A stretch of DNA of 64,000 nucleotides from an uncultured delta proteobacterium (GTDB taxonomy: Bacteria > Desulfobacterota > Syntrophorhabdia > Syntrophorhabdales > WCHB1-27): the NCBI GenBank assembly GCA_963810935.1, contig CAWEPK010000005.1, positions 256,001 to 320,000 of the forward strand, read 5' to 3'. How positions within the stretch are numbered: the first letter of the stretch is position 1; each line of letters opens with the position of its first letter. This document shows, in pieces, positions 51,253 to 62,325 of the stretch. The position numbers and the translations under genes are program-made. Below the pieces are notes generated by a model. The model saw only the letters and a list, made by a program, of their open reading frames with translations. It did no database searches and was not told the origin of the DNA.

Positions 51253-51789
51253 TTATTTGCCTGTCTTACCCGCCTTCTTGCGCAGCACCTCGCCCGCATA
51301 TTTGACGCCCTTGCCCTTATAAGGGTCGGGCTTCCTCAAATCCCTTATCTTCGCGGCCGTCTGGCCGACCAGCTCCTTGTCTATCCCCTTGATGGTGACT
51401 AGGGTCTGTTTCTCCACTTCCGCAGATATGCCTTTCGGCAGCGGGAAATCTATCGGGTGCGAATAGCCGAGATAGAGGGCAAGGCTGGTGCCTTTCAGCT
51501 CCGACCGGTAGCCGATGCCGACGATCTCCAGCTTCTTTTCGTAGCCCTTCGACACACCCTCGACCATGTTGGCCACGAGGGTTCGCATGAGGCCGTGGTA
51601 GCTCCTCGACCGCTTGTCGTCGGCCAGCCTCTTCACGTTGACCACAGCAGCCCCGATGTCCATCTCGATACCTTCGAGGAGCGGCCTTTCGAGCGCCCCT
51701 TTCTGGCCTTTTACCGATACCAGCCCATCCTTGATATCAACGTTGACTCCGGAGGGCAGGGGTATGGGTTTTTTTCCTATCCTTGACAT
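51253..51789 (-). CDS. rplF: 50S ribosomal protein L6
   Basis: MSRIGK.PI, LGYSHP, R.P.PYKGKG. Confidence 0.98.
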   Translation of the reverse strand: MSRIGKKPIPLPSGVNVDIKDGLVSVKGQKGALERPLLEGIEMDIGAAVVNVKRLADDKRSRSYHGLMRTLVANMVEGVSKGYEKKLEIVGIGYRSELKGTSLALYLGYSHPIDFPLPKGISAEVEKQTLVTIKGIDKELVGQTAAKIRDLRKPDPYKGKGVKYAGEVLRKKAGKTGK

Positions 51790-51797
51790 CTAACACC

Positions 51798-52199
51798 TCA
51801 CCAGATCCGAAAGAGCAGTTCCCCTCCCAGGCGCTTGTCGATGGCCTGCTTATCGGTCATAAGCCCCCTGGATGTTGAGACGACCGCCGTTCCGAGCTTG
51901 CCTTTCTCTCGTCCTATGTCCAGGGCCTTCACGTAGACCCGCCTGCCGGGCTTGCTGATTCTGCGCAGCCCTGAGATCACGCTTTTCGAGCGTTCGTCGT
52001 AGCCGATGTAAACCTTTATGAACTTCTTCCGCGCCTCATCTACGAAAACCTTGTAGTTCCTGAGGTAGCCTTCTTCCTTGAGGAGCCTGGCGATGGAGAA
52101 CTTCGCCGTCGAATAAGGCATATCGGTCCATTCATGGCGCACCATGACTGCGTTCCTTATTCTTGTCAGCATGTCGGCTATCGGATCTGTAGTTATCAT
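51798..52199 (-). CDS. rpsH: 30S ribosomal protein S8
   Basis: DPIADMLTRIRNA, SKPG.RVY, STS.G.MT, GGE. Confidence 0.98.
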   Translation of the reverse strand: MITTDPIADMLTRIRNAVMVRHEWTDMPYSTAKFSIARLLKEEGYLRNYKVFVDEARKKFIKVYIGYDERSKSVISGLRRISKPGRRVYVKALDIGREKGKLGTAVVSTSRGLMTDKQAIDKRLGGELLFRIW

Positions 52200-52207
52200 T
52201 TATCCTC

Positions 52208-52394
52208 CTACCAGGCTCGATTTGATAACCCCGGGCAGCTCGCCTCTCAGGGCAAGCGACCGGAAGCAGATCCTGCACATCTCGAACTTGCCGATGTAGC
52301 CGCGCGGTCTCCCGCAGATAGTACACCTGTTTCTGGATCTCACCCCAAATTTCGGGGCCCGGTTCGCCTTCTCGATCATGCCCTTTCGCGCCAT
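52208..52394 (-). CDS. rpsN: 30S ribosomal protein S14 type Z (+1 insertion at 52214-52215 alters the last codon)
   Basis: RC.ICGRPR, CRICFR; removing one C from GAGCCTG restores the conserved ending KSSW-stop (61 aa). Confidence 0.95.
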
Positions 52395-52402
52395 CACTCC
52401 TC

Positions 52403-52945
52403 CTAGCTTCTGAAAGGCATGCCCATGAGCTTCAAAAGCTCAAATGCCTCTTCGTCGTTGATTGCCGTAGTTGCGATCGTGATATTCATGCCTCTCACCC
52501 GGTCGACCTTGTCGTACTCGATCTCGGGGAAGATGATCTGTTCCTTTAAGCCTAGAGTGTAGTTCCCCCTGCCGTCGAACGACTTCGCGGAGACGCCCTT
52601 GAAGTCCCTGACCCTCGGCAGAACGATGGTCACGAGCTTCTGGTAGAACTCGTACATCCGCTCGCGCCGCAGAGTGACCATACAGCCGATGGGCATACCC
52701 TTGCGGAGCTTGAAGGAAGCTATCGACTTGCTCGCCTTCGTGATAACGGGCTTCTGCCCCGCGATCAGGGCCATGTCGCCGGAGGCGGCATCGAGGGCCT
52801 TGATATTCTGGATGGCCTCCCCAAGACCCATGTTGAGCACGACCTTGGTCAGTCTGGGCGCCTGCATCACGTTCTTGTACTTAAACTTACGTATTAATGC
52901 AGGCCGTATCTCTTTTTCATACTGCTCCATATACGCCGTTTTCAC
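52403..52945 (-). CDS. rplE: 50S ribosomal protein L5
   Basis: K.VLNMG.G, GQKP..T.A.KSI..FKLR.G, FDGRGNY, FPEI.YD; GTG start with SD. Confidence 0.97.
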   Translation of the reverse strand: MKTAYMEQYEKEIRPALIRKFKYKNVMQAPRLTKVVLNMGLGEAIQNIKALDAASGDMALIAGQKPVITKASKSIASFKLRKGMPIGCMVTLRRERMYEFYQKLVTIVLPRVRDFKGVSAKSFDGRGNYTLGLKEQIIFPEIEYDKVDRVRGMNITIATTAINDEEAFELLKLMGMPFRS

Positions 52946-52953
52946 TACCCCTC

Positions 52954-53277
52954 CTACTTGTCGAAGACCTCGTTGCACTTCTTGCAGTATCGAGACTTCT
53001 TGCCGTCTTCGAGGACGCGCGTCCCCGCCCTGACGGGCTTGGAGCATTTGTCGCAATACATCATGACGTTCGAAACGTGGATGGCGCTCTCCCGCTCCAT
53101 GATGCCGCCCTTGGTCTTCTGGCTGGGCCGCACGTGGCGCTTGATCATGTTCACCTTTTCCACTATGATCCGGTCTGTCTTTCGGTTTATGCGGAGAACT
53201 TTGCCGGTCTTACCCTTGTCTTTCCCCGCCATCACCATGACCGTGTCATTCTTTTTGACGTGATATGCCTTTTCCAT
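52954..53277 (-). CDS. rplX: 50S ribosomal protein L24
   Basis: VKK.D.V.V.AGKDKGK.G, IHVSNV. Confidence 0.97.
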   Translation of the reverse strand: MEKAYHVKKNDTVMVMAGKDKGKTGKVLRINRKTDRIIVEKVNMIKRHVRPSQKTKGGIMERESAIHVSNVMMYCDKCSKPVRAGTRVLEDGKKSRYCKKCNEVFDK

Positions 53278-53283
53278 GCTACC

Positions 53284-53653
53284 TCACACTACCTCGGGGG
53301 CAAGAGAGACGATCTTCATGAAGCGCCTCGCCCGCAGACTCTCTCGCTACGGGCCCGAAAATCCTGGTCCCTACCGGCTCGTTGTACTGGTTTATGATAA
53401 CGGCCGAATTGTCGTCGAAACGGACATACGAGCCGTCGATCCTTCTTATCTCTTTTTTGGTGCGGACGATGACTGCCTTGACGACTTCGCCTTTCTTCAC
53501 CTTGCTGTTCGGCAACACCTCTTTCACCGAGCAGACAATGATGTCGCCAACGGTGCCGTACCGCTTCCTGGAGCCACCCAGGATGCGTATGCAGCCTAGC
53601 TTCTTGGCTCCCGAGTTGTCTGCGACTTCGAGCTTCGTCCTCACCTGTATCAT
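53284..53653 (-). CDS. rplN: 50S ribosomal protein L14 (+1 frameshift at 53338)
   Basis: MIQ..T.L.VADNSGA; removing the extra base restores [23 protein letters not shown]. Confidence 0.96.
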
Positions 53654-53655
53654 GG

Positions 53656-53946
53656 TTAAGCCACCTCGTTCGCCTCGGGCGCCGGCGATTCCTTAGCGAT
53701 GATCTCTTTGACCACCCACCGCTTGTCCTTACTGAGCGGTCTTGTCTCCACGATCAGCACCTTATCGCCGATCTTAGCCTTGTTCTCTTCGTCATGGGCC
53801 TTGCACGTCGTCTTCGAGCGGAGGTACTTGTGGTACGCCGGATGCTTAAGGACGCGCTCCACCTCGACGACGACCGTCTTGTCCATCTTGTCCTTGACGA
53901 CTATGCCTATCAGCTTTTTCTTTCTCGCGTCCTTTTTCTCTTCCAT
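53656..53946 (-). CDS. rpsQ: 30S ribosomal protein S17
   Basis: KMDKT.VV, AHDE.N....GD.V.I.E.RPLSK.KRW. Confidence 0.97.
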   Translation of the reverse strand: MEEKKDARKKKLIGIVVKDKMDKTVVVEVERVLKHPAYHKYLRSKTTCKAHDEENKAKIGDKVLIVETRPLSKDKRWVVKEIIAKESPAPEANEVA

Positions 53947-53949
53947 CGC

Positions 53950-54150
53950 TTATACCTGCCTGCCTTGGGCCTTTTCGTGGAGCACGGCCATTATCCGCGC
54001 AAGGTCCTTTCTTGCGATCTTCATGCGCGCCGTGTTTTCGAGCTGCCCGGTCGAATGGCGGAACCTGAGGTTAAATACCTCTTCCTTCAGTTCTTTATGC
54101 CTCTTCGCGAGCTCTTCCGGGGTCAGGTCTCTAAACTCTTTGGCTTTCAT
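53950..54150 (-). CDS. rpmC: 50S ribosomal protein L29
   Basis: MKA.E.R, FNLRF...TGQLEN. Confidence 0.97.
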   Translation of the reverse strand: MKAKEFRDLTPEELAKRHKELKEEVFNLRFRHSTGQLENTARMKIARKDLARIMAVLHEKAQGRQV

Positions 54151-54563
54151 TCTACCCGGCTCCTCATGGCAAATTTCGTCTGTATCGGAAGTTTCTGGGC
54201 GGCTATGCGCAGGGCTTCGCGGGCTTTTTCCTCGGTCACGCCCATGATCTCGTATAAGACCTTGCCGGGCTTAACGACCGCTACCCAGCCCTCGACCGGG
54301 CCCTTGCCTTTGCCCATTCTCGTCTCTGCCGGCTTCTTCGTGATCGGCTTATCCGGGAAGACGCGGATCCAGAGCTTCCCCGTCCTCTTGACGTACCTGG
54401 AAAGCGTCACGCGGGCCGCTTCTATCTGGCGGGCTGTGACCCATCCACATTCGGTAGCCTGCAGGCCGTAATCGCCGAAGCTCACTTCCGCGCCCCTAGA
54501 CGAGACGCCTCTCATCCTGCCTTTCTGCTGTTTTCTGTATTTGACCCTCTTAGGTGCAAGCAT
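54147..54563 (-). CDS. rplP: 50S ribosomal protein L16
   Basis: ML.PKR.KYRK, RQIEAAR, RMGKGKG. Confidence 0.98.
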   Translation of the reverse strand: MLAPKRVKYRKQQKGRMRGVSSRGAEVSFGDYGLQATECGWVTARQIEAARVTLSRYVKRTGKLWIRVFPDKPITKKPAETRMGKGKGPVEGWVAVVKPGKVLYEIMGVTEEKAREALRIAAQKLPIQTKFAMRSRVE

Positions 54564-55208
54564 TTACCTTGTCTCCTGATAAACTTCACCTTTGAAGAGC
54601 CAGACCTTTACGCCGATCACGCCGTACTTCGTCGAAGCGGTCGCAACCCCGTAATCGATGTCCGCCCTTATCGTCTGGAGGGGGACCCTGCCCTCTCTGT
54701 ACCACTCGGTCCTCGCCATCTCTGCGCCGGCGAGCCTGCCGGAGCACATTATCTTGATGCCCTTCGCCCCGAACTTCATGGCCTGGGAGACGTTCCTCTT
54801 CATGGCCCTCCTGAAGGAGACGCGCCGCTCCAACTGCAGGGCGACGTTTTCGGAAACGAGCTGGGCGTCGACTTCCGGCCGCTTCACTTCCGTGATATTG
54901 AGCAATATCTCTTTATCCGTAAGTTTCTGAAGCTCTCTTTTCAGACTCTCGACCTCTGCGCCTTTCCTGCCTATGACGATGCCGGGGCGCGAAGTCCAGA
55001 TATTCATCTTCGCCCTCTTATCTTTATTGGCGGCCCTCTCTATCTCCATCTTGGAGATGCCCGCCTGATAGAGCCTCGCCTTGAGGAACTTCTTCATGCG
55101 GAGATCCTCGTGGAGGAAGAGCGCGTAATTCTTGGACGCGAACCACTTGGAATCCCAAGTCCTGATCGTCCCAAGCCTGAAACCTATTGGATGTGTCTTC
55201 TGACCCAA
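54564..55208 (-). CDS. rpsC: 30S ribosomal protein S3
   Basis: GQK.HP.GFRLG, RPG.VIG..G, GRL.GAEMAR.E.Y.EGRVPL. Confidence 0.98.
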   Translation of the reverse strand: MGQKTHPIGFRLGTIRTWDSKWFASKNYALFLHEDLRMKKFLKARLYQAGISKMEIERAANKDKRAKMNIWTSRPGIVIGRKGAEVESLKRELQKLTDKEILLNITEVKRPEVDAQLVSENVALQLERRVSFRRAMKRNVSQAMKFGAKGIKIMCSGRLAGAEMARTEWYREGRVPLQTIRADIDYGVATASTKYGVIGVKVWLFKGEVYQETR

Positions 55209-55223
55209 TTTAACCCCCGCTTG

Positions 55224-55556
55224 TTATGTTTCGTCCAAGACTAACGTAACGTGACTCATTCTTTTGCGTATCGGGGTGGCACGCCCCATTGCCCTCGGGA
55301 GGAACCTCTTCATGGTAGGCCCCTCGTTCACTACGATATTCTTTACGTAGAGCGTGTCCACGTCCACGTATTTTTGCTGTCGCGCGTTTCCGATGGCGGA
55401 ATCGAGCAGTTTCTTGAGGATATAGGCCCCTTTTCTCGGCGTAAACTGGAGTATGCCGAGGGCGGTGTTGACGTTCTTCTTCTTAATGAGATCGCCGACG
55501 ATCCGCACCTTTACGGCTGAGATCCTCATCATATTCGCTTTCGCCACGATTTCCAT
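55224..55556 (-). CDS. rplV: 50S ribosomal protein L22
   Basis: SD CAGGAG before MEIVAKA; RIS..K.R, PRAMGRA..I.KR.SH. Confidence 0.97.
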   Translation of the reverse strand: MEIVAKANMMRISAVKVRIVGDLIKKKNVNTALGILQFTPRKGAYILKKLLDSAIGNARQQKYVDVDTLYVKNIVVNEGPTMKRFLPRAMGRATPIRKRMSHVTLVLDET

Positions 55557-55570
55557 TTCCCACTCCTGAA

Positions 55571-55647
55571 CAATTATTGGGGCTAGCGTCGCCCCCTCCA
55601 CCGGCAAAGCCGTCGGAGCCTCCCCCTCATAAAAAGGAAGAGGCATT
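55571..55647 (-). repeat. 77-nt three-hairpin element, copy B
   Basis: 70/77 identical to copy A; lies in the rpsS-rplV spacer. Confidence 0.9.
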
Positions 55648-55663
55648 AAAGAAAACCACTTCC

Positions 55664-55708
55664 ATCGGGGCTAGCGTCGCCCCCTCCACAGACCAAAGTC
55701 CGCGGAGC
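55664..55708 (-). repeat. partial tandem copy (C) of the element, two hairpins
   Basis: atcggggctagcgtcgccccctccacagaccaaagtccgcggagc. Confidence 0.85.
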
Positions 55709-55717
55709 TTTCTCCTG

Positions 55718-56008
55718 TTACTCCTTCCTCTTCACTACCTTTGCTTTCCTGTCTCCCGAGTGGCTGTGGAAGATCCGGGTGGGCGCGAACTCGCCCAGCT
55801 TGTGACCTACCATCTCCTCACTCACGAAAACGGGGATAAACTTCTTGCCGTTATGGACTGCGAAGGTCAGGCCGACAAAATCGGGGGTAATGGTAGAGCG
55901 CCTCGACCACGTCTTAATGACTTTCGATTCCCTCGAGCCCTTTGCATAATCCACCTTCAGCATGAGATCGTCGTCGACGAACGCCCCTTTCTTCAGCGAC
56001 CTAGGCAC
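55718..56008 (-). CDS. rpsS: 30S ribosomal protein S19
   Basis: [26 protein letters not shown]. Confidence 0.98.
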   Translation of the reverse strand: MPRSLKKGAFVDDDLMLKVDYAKGSRESKVIKTWSRRSTITPDFVGLTFAVHNGKKFIPVFVSEEMVGHKLGEFAPTRIFHSHSGDRKAKVVKRKE

Positions 56009-56017
56009 GGAAACCTC

Positions 56018-56845
56018 CTAACCCCTCTTCTTCACGATAAACTTATCGGTCCTCTTGTTCTTCCTCGTCTTGAGGCCCTTGGAAAGCTGTCCCCACGGCG
56101 AGCAGGGATGCCTGCCGCCCTTGGTCCTTCCCTCGCCGCCGCCAAGCGGATGGTCGACCGGGTTCATGGCGGTGCCGCGCACCGTCGGGCGCACGCCGCG
56201 CCAGCGCGACCTGCCCGCCTTTCCCCAGTCCACGTTCTCGTGGTCGATGTTGCCGACCTGCCCGATCGTGGCAGTGCAGGTGAGGTGTATCAGCTTGACC
56301 TCTCCCGAAGGGAGCCTCAAGTGGCCATAGTCGCCCTCTTTGGCGACGACCTGCGCATAGCTGCCGGCGCTTCTGGCCATCTGGCCGCCCTTGCCGGGCT
56401 TCATCTCTACGTTATGGACAAACGTGCCGAGCGGGATGAGCTTCAGGGGCAGCGTATTGCCCTCTTTGATTTCCGTGTCGCTCTTCTTGCTCGCCACCAA
56501 CGTATGGCCCGCACGAACGCCCGCCGGCGCGAGTATATACCTTTTCTCGCCGTCAGCGTAAGCGATGAGGGCGATATTGGCCGAGCGGTTCGGGTCATAC
56601 TCGATGCCCACGACTTTACCGGGGACTTCAAGCTTGTCTCTCCGGAAATCGATGATCCGGTATTTCTGCTTGTGGCCGCCGCCGATATGCCTCGTGGTGA
56701 TCCTTCCCTTGTTGTTCCTGCCGCCCGTCTTCCGTACCGGGGCGAGCAGCGACTTCTCGGGCTTCTTCTTCGTGATCTCCTCGAAGGTTGAAACACTCAT
56801 GAACCTTCTGCCGGCCGAGGTCGGCTTATATTCCCTTACTCCCAT
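56018..56845 (-). CDS. rplB: 50S ribosomal protein L2
   Basis: [28 protein letters not shown]. Confidence 0.98.
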   Translation of the reverse strand: MGVREYKPTSAGRRFMSVSTFEEITKKKPEKSLLAPVRKTGGRNNKGRITTRHIGGGHKQKYRIIDFRRDKLEVPGKVVGIEYDPNRSANIALIAYADGEKRYILAPAGVRAGHTLVASKKSDTEIKEGNTLPLKLIPLGTFVHNVEMKPGKGGQMARSAGSYAQVVAKEGDYGHLRLPSGEVKLIHLTCTATIGQVGNIDHENVDWGKAGRSRWRGVRPTVRGTAMNPVDHPLGGGEGRTKGGRHPCSPWGQLSKGLKTRKNKRTDKFIVKKRG

Positions 56846-57132
56846 CACGCACCTTCAAAGAAAGAGATTTTGTCTTTCGGGCCTACCTTGACTACGGCCT
56901 TTCTCCAGTCCGGCCGCTTACCCGTATGTTTTCCCAGCCGCCTCTTCTTGCCTTCTATGTTCATGACTCGCACGGAGACGACCGTAACCTTGAAAAGCTG
57001 CTCGACCGCCTTGGCGATCTCGATCTTGTTTGCAGTCCTTGCCACCTCGAAGACATACTGGTTGCTCGCGTCTTTCATGAGGGAGCTTTTTTCCGTCACT
57101 ATGGGCCTTAGTATCGCGTCATACTGGTTCAT
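56845..57132 (-). CDS. rplW: 50S ribosomal protein L23
   Basis: P.VTEKS, ANK.EI..AVE.LF.V, WRKA.V. Confidence 0.97.
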   Translation of the reverse strand: MNQYDAILRPIVTEKSSLMKDASNQYVFEVARTANKIEIAKAVEQLFKVTVVSVRVMNIEGKKRRLGKHTGKRPDWRKAVVKVGPKDKISFFEGA

Positions 57133-57752
57133 GATGACAATGCCTCTTCTATTCTTGCGAGGGCGTCGACGGTCACGACGAACTGCTCGTGCCTGATGAC
57201 GTCGTATACGTTGAGCCCTTCAACCCTGAGCACCTTCGTGTACGGGATGTTCCGGGCAGATTTCTCGAGCACCTCGTCCTTCCCGTGGACGACGACGAGG
57301 GGCTTTGAGAGACTCAAGGTCTTCATAACGCCCGCGAAATTCTTCGTGCTGATCGTCCCGAGGTCGAGCTTGTCGATAACTTTCACCGCAGCGTCTGCGT
57401 ACCGGCTGGACAACGCCGAGCGAAGCGCCGCCTTTCTCGCCTTTTTGGGGATTGAGACATGGTATTCCTTCGGCTTCGGGCCGAAGACTGTGCCGCCGCC
57501 CACCCATACAGGCGACGTCGAGCTGCCTGCCCTTGCCCGGCCGGTCCCCTTCTGGCGCCACGGTTTCTTTCCGCCGCCGCGAACCTGTCCGCGCGTCTTC
57601 GTCGAGGCCGTGCCCCGCCGTCTGTTAGCGAGCTGCATCACCACAACGTCGTGCATGAGGTAAGGCTTAATGTCGGCAGTCCAGACGGAGTCGCTCAATT
57701 CGACTTCCCCTACTTTCTGGCCCTGAATATTCAAGACGTCCGCTTTCGCCAT
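57129..57752 (-). CDS. rplD: 50S ribosomal protein L4
   Basis: R.GT..TKTR..V.GGG.KPWRQKGTGRAR.G, GG..FGP.P. Confidence 0.98.
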   Translation of the reverse strand: MAKADVLNIQGQKVGEVELSDSVWTADIKPYLMHDVVVMQLANRRRGTASTKTRGQVRGGGKKPWRQKGTGRARAGSSTSPVWVGGGTVFGPKPKEYHVSIPKKARKAALRSALSSRYADAAVKVIDKLDLGTISTKNFAGVMKTLSLSKPLVVVHGKDEVLEKSARNIPYTKVLRVEGLNVYDVIRHEQFVVTVDALARIEEALSS

Positions 57753-57761
57753 AAGACACCC

Positions 57762-58067
57762 CTAAGACTTGATCTCCACATCGACGCCTGCCGACAACTC
57801 AAGTTTCATCAGGGCGTCCACCGTCTGCTGCGTAGGCTCGACAATATCAATAAGCCTCTTGTGCGTCCGTATCTCGAACTGCTCACGCGACTTTTTATCT
57901 ATATGAGGCGAGCGCAACACACAAAATTTTTGGATATTCGTAGGCAGGGGAACCGGACCTACAACCTGCGCCCCGGTTTTCTTGGCCGCGTCCACGATCT
58001 CTTTAACCGACTGATCGAGTAATCGATGATCGAATGCCTTCAGGCATATCCGGATTCTCTGCCTCAT
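57762..58067 (-). CDS. rpsJ: 30S ribosomal protein S10
   Basis: [33 protein letters not shown]. Confidence 0.98.
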   Translation of the reverse strand: MRQRIRICLKAFDHRLLDQSVKEIVDAAKKTGAQVVGPVPLPTNIQKFCVLRSPHIDKKSREQFEIRTHKRLIDIVEPTQQTVDALMKLELSAGVDVEIKS

Positions 58068-58093
58068 ATTTTTCCTCTTCTATGGCTCTAGTA

Positions 58094-59293
58094 TTACTCT
58101 AATATCTCCGTCACTACTCCGGCGCCTACGGTCTTGCCGCCTTCCCTGATGGCGAAGCGCAGCTCTTTCTCAAGGGCGATCTGGGTCACGAGATCTACGG
58201 TAATGGTGACGTTGTCGCCGGGCATGATCATCTCAACGCCTTCGGGGAGATGGACTATGCCCGTCACGTCGGTGGTGCGCAGGTAGAACTGGGGACGGTA
58301 GCCCGTGAAGAAGGGGGTATGGCGGCCTCCCTCTTCCTTGCTCAGCACGTAGACCTCGGCCTTGAACTTCGTATGGGGGGTTATCGAGCCCGGCTTAGCC
58401 AGGACCTGACCCCTTTCGACCTCGTCCTTCTTGGTGCCGCGGAGAAGGACGCCTATGTTGTCGCCCGCCTGTCCCTGATCTAAGATCTTGCGGAACATCT
58501 CTACGGATGTGGCAACTGTCTTCTGGGTGGGGGTGAAGCCTATGATCTCCACCTCTTCACCGGGCTTTACGACTCCACGCTCCACGCGGCCCGTTACGAC
58601 GGTGCCACGGCCCGAGATGGAGAAGACGTCCTCTATAGGCATGAGGAAGGGCTTGTCCGTGTCGCGGACCGGCTCGGGGATATAGGAGTCGCAGGCATCG
58701 AGGAGCTCGAAGATGCTCTTGCAGTGGGGGCAGTCGGGCTTGCCGTCTCCGCACTCTAAGGCTTTAAGAGCAGAGCCCTTTATGATCGGTATCTTGTCTC
58801 CGGGGAACTCGTAAGCGGTGAGAAGCTCGCGCAGCTCCAGCTCGACAAGCTCTATAAGCTCGGGGTCGTCTACCATGTCGACTTTGTTCAGGTAGACAAC
58901 GACGTAGGGGACGCCGACCTGGCGGGCAAGGAGGATATGCTCCCTTGTCTGCGGCATGGGGCCGTCGTTTGCGCCCACGACAAGGATGGCGCCGTCCATC
59001 TGGGCCGCCCCTGTGATCATGTTCTTTATATAGTCAGCATGGCCCGGACAGTCCACGTGTGCGTAGTGGCGCTTATCCGTCTCGTATTCTACGTGGGCGG
59101 TTGCGATCGTTATGCCCCTTTCCTTCTCCTCGGGGGCCTTATCTATCTGATCGAACGGTATCCATTCCGCAAATCCCTTGTTGGCAAGACAGCGGGTGAT
59201 GGCGGATGTCAGGGTTGTCTTCCCGTGGTCGATGTGGCCTATGGTGCCTACATTGACATGGGGTTTTTTGCGCTCGAACTTTTTCTTAGCCAT
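58094..59293 (-). CDS. tuf: elongation factor Tu
   Basis: [33 protein letters not shown]. Confidence 0.99.
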   Translation of the reverse strand: MAKKKFERKKPHVNVGTIGHIDHGKTTLTSAITRCLANKGFAEWIPFDQIDKAPEEKERGITIATAHVEYETDKRHYAHVDCPGHADYIKNMITGAAQMDGAILVVGANDGPMPQTREHILLARQVGVPYVVVYLNKVDMVDDPELIELVELELRELLTAYEFPGDKIPIIKGSALKALECGDGKPDCPHCKSIFELLDACDSYIPEPVRDTDKPFLMPIEDVFSISGRGTVVTGRVERGVVKPGEEVEIIGFTPTQKTVATSVEMFRKILDQGQAGDNIGVLLRGTKKDEVERGQVLAKPGSITPHTKFKAEVYVLSKEEGGRHTPFFTGYRPQFYLRTTDVTGIVHLPEGVEMIMPGDNVTITVDLVTQIALEKELRFAIREGGKTVGAGVVTEILE

Positions 59294-61367
59294 AGAGAGC
59301 CTCCGTAACTGTTTTTTCTCTATTCTTCATAAGGTCTTCGACGATGGACGGAGGGGTGGGCGCGTAGTGGGCGAACTCCATGGTGTAGTATCCCCTGCCC
59401 TGGGTGATCGAGCGAAGCCGGGTCGTGTACCCGAACATCTCGCCGAGAGGCAGGTGCGCCTGTACGTACTTCACCTCGTTCCTTTCGTCGATATCAACGA
59501 TCCTCCCCCTGCGCGCACTGATGTCGCCGACCATGGCGCCCAGGTACTCGGGGGGAGCGGAGAGATCGACCCTCATAATCGGCTCCAGAATAATGGGGTT
59601 GGCCTTTCTCACCGCCTCTTTTACCGCAATCGACGCTGCGAGCTTGAATGCAAGCTCCGACGAATCGACTTCATGGTAGGAGCCGTCGGTCAGCTCCACC
59701 TTTATGTTTATCAAAGGATGCCCGAGGACTACGCCCTGCTCCAGGGCCTCCCTCACACCTTTTTCTATGGCCCCCATGTACTCCCTGGGTATGACGCCGC
59801 CGACCGTCTTGTTCTCGAACTCAAGGTCCTTGCCTTCTACGGGCGATACCTCGAGGACTACGTGGCCGTACTGCCCCTTGCCGCCGGACTGCTTGATGTA
59901 TTTGCCGACTGCGGATGCGCGCCGTGTGACCGTCTCCCTGTAGGCTACCTGCGGGGCGGAGAACGACATGTTCAGGTTGTGCTCGCGCTTCGCCCTGTCC
60001 ATGATGATATCAAGGTGCAGCTCGCCCATGCCGGAGAGCACAACCTCGCCAGTTTCCTCGTCCATCTTGACCTTGAGGGACGGGTCTTCGAGCGTATACT
60101 GGTTGAAGACGAACCACATCTTCTTCAGGTCGTCTTTCTTTTTGGTTGTCACTGCAATGGAAACTACCGGGGTAGGGACTTCGATGGTCTCGAAAAGGAC
60201 AGGGTGGTCGGTGTCGGCAAGCGTGTTGCCCGTCGAGACATTCTTGAGGCCCGATACCGCGCATATGTCGCCGGCTTCCACCGTCTTGATCTCCTCGCGT
60301 TTGTTCGCGTGGAGCCTGAGTATCCTGCCAATCCTTTCCGTCTTCTGCCTGGTGCTGTTCAAGACGGTCTGGCCCTGCTTGAGCCGGCCGGAATAGACCC
60401 TCATATAACTCAAACGGCCCACGAAGGGGTCGTTCATGATCTTAAAAACAAGACCGCTGAACGGCTCATCGACCGAGCCCGTAACGGCCGTTTCTTCGCC
60501 GTCTTCGTTCCAGCAGGCATACGGGGAGACATCGACGGGGGAGGGCAGGTAATCGACTATCGCGTCGAGGAGCGGCTGCACGCCCTTATTCTTGAAAGCG
60601 GTGCCGCAAAGGACGGGCAGGATGCTGCCTTCGAGCGTGCCCTTCCTGACGACCCGCTTCACGTCGTCCGCGCTTATCTCTTTGCCGTGGACGAAGCAGT
60701 CCATCAGCTCGTCGTCGATCTCGGATAAGGACTCCAGCATCGCCTCGCGCGCCGCATGATACCGCCTCTTCATTGCAGAAGGTACCTCGGTAACGGAATA
60801 TTCAACGCCCATGCGGTCGCGGTCATAAAGCAGCGCAACCCCGGCGATAAGGTCTATAGCACCTGCGAAATCGTCCCCTTCCTTGATAGGGACCTGCAGG
60901 GCGACCGGCTTGGCCTTCAGAATATCCTTCATCATGGCCATGCACTTGTCGAGGTCGGCGCCGGGCCTGTCCATCTTGTTGACGAACGCGATGCGGGGGA
61001 CGCCGTAGCGGTCAGCCTGTCTCCAGACCGTCTCCGACTGGGGCTCTACGCCCTCTACGCCTGAGAAAAGCGCCACCGCGCCGTCGAGGACGCGGAGCGA
61101 CCTGCCTACTTCAACGGTGAAATCTATATGACCCGGCGTGTCGATTATATTGATGCGGTGATCACGCCAGAAGCACGTAGTCGCGGCCGATGTGATCGTA
61201 ATGCCGCGGTCTTTCTCTTCCTGCATCCAGTCCATGGTGGACGTACCTTCGTCCACCTCGCCTATCCTGTTATTGACGCCCGTGTAATAAAGTATCCTCT
61301 CGGTCGTCGTTGTCTTTCCGGCATCGATATGCGCCATGATGCCGACGTTTCTAATAACTTCCTGCAT
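59286..61367 (-). CDS. fusA: elongation factor G (str-operon copy, somewhat divergent)
   Basis: [40 protein letters not shown]. Confidence 0.95.
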   Translation of the reverse strand: MQEVIRNVGIMAHIDAGKTTTTERILYYTGVNNRIGEVDEGTSTMDWMQEEKDRGITITSAATTCFWRDHRINIIDTPGHIDFTVEVGRSLRVLDGAVALFSGVEGVEPQSETVWRQADRYGVPRIAFVNKMDRPGADLDKCMAMMKDILKAKPVALQVPIKEGDDFAGAIDLIAGVALLYDRDRMGVEYSVTEVPSAMKRRYHAAREAMLESLSEIDDELMDCFVHGKEISADDVKRVVRKGTLEGSILPVLCGTAFKNKGVQPLLDAIVDYLPSPVDVSPYACWNEDGEETAVTGSVDEPFSGLVFKIMNDPFVGRLSYMRVYSGRLKQGQTVLNSTRQKTERIGRILRLHANKREEIKTVEAGDICAVSGLKNVSTGNTLADTDHPVLFETIEVPTPVVSIAVTTKKKDDLKKMWFVFNQYTLEDPSLKVKMDEETGEVVLSGMGELHLDIIMDRAKREHNLNMSFSAPQVAYRETVTRRASAVGKYIKQSGGKGQYGHVVLEVSPVEGKDLEFENKTVGGVIPREYMGAIEKGVREALEQGVVLGHPLINIKVELTDGSYHEVDSSELAFKLAASIAVKEAVRKANPIILEPIMRVDLSAPPEYLGAMVGDISARRGRIVDIDERNEVKYVQAHLPLGEMFGYTTRLRSITQGRGYYTMEFAHYAPTPPSIVEDLMKNREKTVTEALYG

Positions 61368-61838
61368 TTACCACCTGTAATGTGCGAACGCCTTGTTGGC
61401 CTCTGCCATCTTGTGCGTATCTTCCCGTTTCTTTACTGCGCCGCCCCTGTTGTTGTAGGCGTCAATAAGCTCTCCGGCGAGCTTCTCGACCATGGTCTTC
61501 TCAGACCGGCCGCGGGCATATCGGAGCAGCCATCTTATGGCAAGGGACATCTTCCTGTCGAGCCTTACCTCGACCGGCACCTGGTATGTGGCGCCGCCGA
61601 CCCTCCTTGCCTTGACTTCCAGTTCTGGCTTTACGTTGTCTATCGCCTTGCGGAAAACCTTAAGCGGGTCTTCCTTCACCCGCTTTTCGGAAAGGTCCAG
61701 GGCGCGGTAAACGAGCCTTCTGGCGAGGCTCTTCTTCCCGTCCCACATCACCGAATTTATAAACCTCTGTATGAGGACGTCGTTATATTTCGGGTCAGGC
61801 AATCTCTCCCGTTTGGACACCCTTCCTTTACGTGGCAC
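61368..61838 (-). CDS. rpsG: 30S ribosomal protein S7
   Basis: [26 protein letters not shown]. Confidence 0.98.
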   Translation of the reverse strand: MPRKGRVSKRERLPDPKYNDVLIQRFINSVMWDGKKSLARRLVYRALDLSEKRVKEDPLKVFRKAIDNVKPELEVKARRVGGATYQVPVEVRLDRKMSLAIRWLLRYARGRSEKTMVEKLAGELIDAYNNRGGAVKKREDTHKMAEANKAFAHYRW

Positions 61839-61865
61839 TACCTGCCTCCTTTACGGCTTTCCGCT

Positions 61866-62240
61866 CTATTGCTTCGGCTTCTTGGAGCCGTACTTCGATC
61901 TGCTCTTCTTCCTGTTCTGCACGCCGCTCGCGTCGAGGGACCCCCTGATGATGTGATAACGCACACCGGGAAGGTCTTTGACCCTGCCGCCCCTGATGAG
62001 CACCACCGAGTGCTCCTGGAGGTTATGGCCGATGCCCGGTATGTAGGTGGTCACTTCCATGCCGTTCGTAAGGCGCACCCTTGCGACCTTCCTCAACGCG
62101 GAGTTCGGCTTCTTGGGTGTCGTAGTATAAACCCTGACGCAAACGCCCCTCTTTTGAGGGCAACTGGTAAGTGCAGGCGAGGCGCTCTTCTTTTTGGCGA
62201 CCTCTCTCCCGAGCCTTACCAACTGATTAATAGTAGGCAT
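61866..62240 (-). CDS. rpsL: 30S ribosomal protein S12
   Basis: [33 protein letters not shown]. Confidence 0.99.
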   Translation of the reverse strand: MPTINQLVRLGREVAKKKSASPALTSCPQKRGVCVRVYTTTPKKPNSALRKVARVRLTNGMEVTTYIPGIGHNLQEHSVVLIRGGRVKDLPGVRYHIIRGSLDASGVQNRKKSRSKYGSKKPKQ

Positions 62241-62325
62241 CAATACCTCCAAAAAAATAATCCCTTGTCGAAGGGATGAAAAAAGTACGGACCACAGCGT
62301 CAGCTTTTGGGAAAAAAGCTCTGTG

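Noticed and set aside
58715..58760. Cys-rich insert in EF-Tu ([13 protein letters not shown])
   Set aside because: Similar inserts are already known in EF-Tu of various anaerobes.
44671..62279. Long plus-strand ORFs (e.g. 47522-48901, 59178-60728, 61128-62279)
   Set aside because: Antisense shadows of conserved minus-strand genes in GC-rich DNA, with no recognisable motifs.
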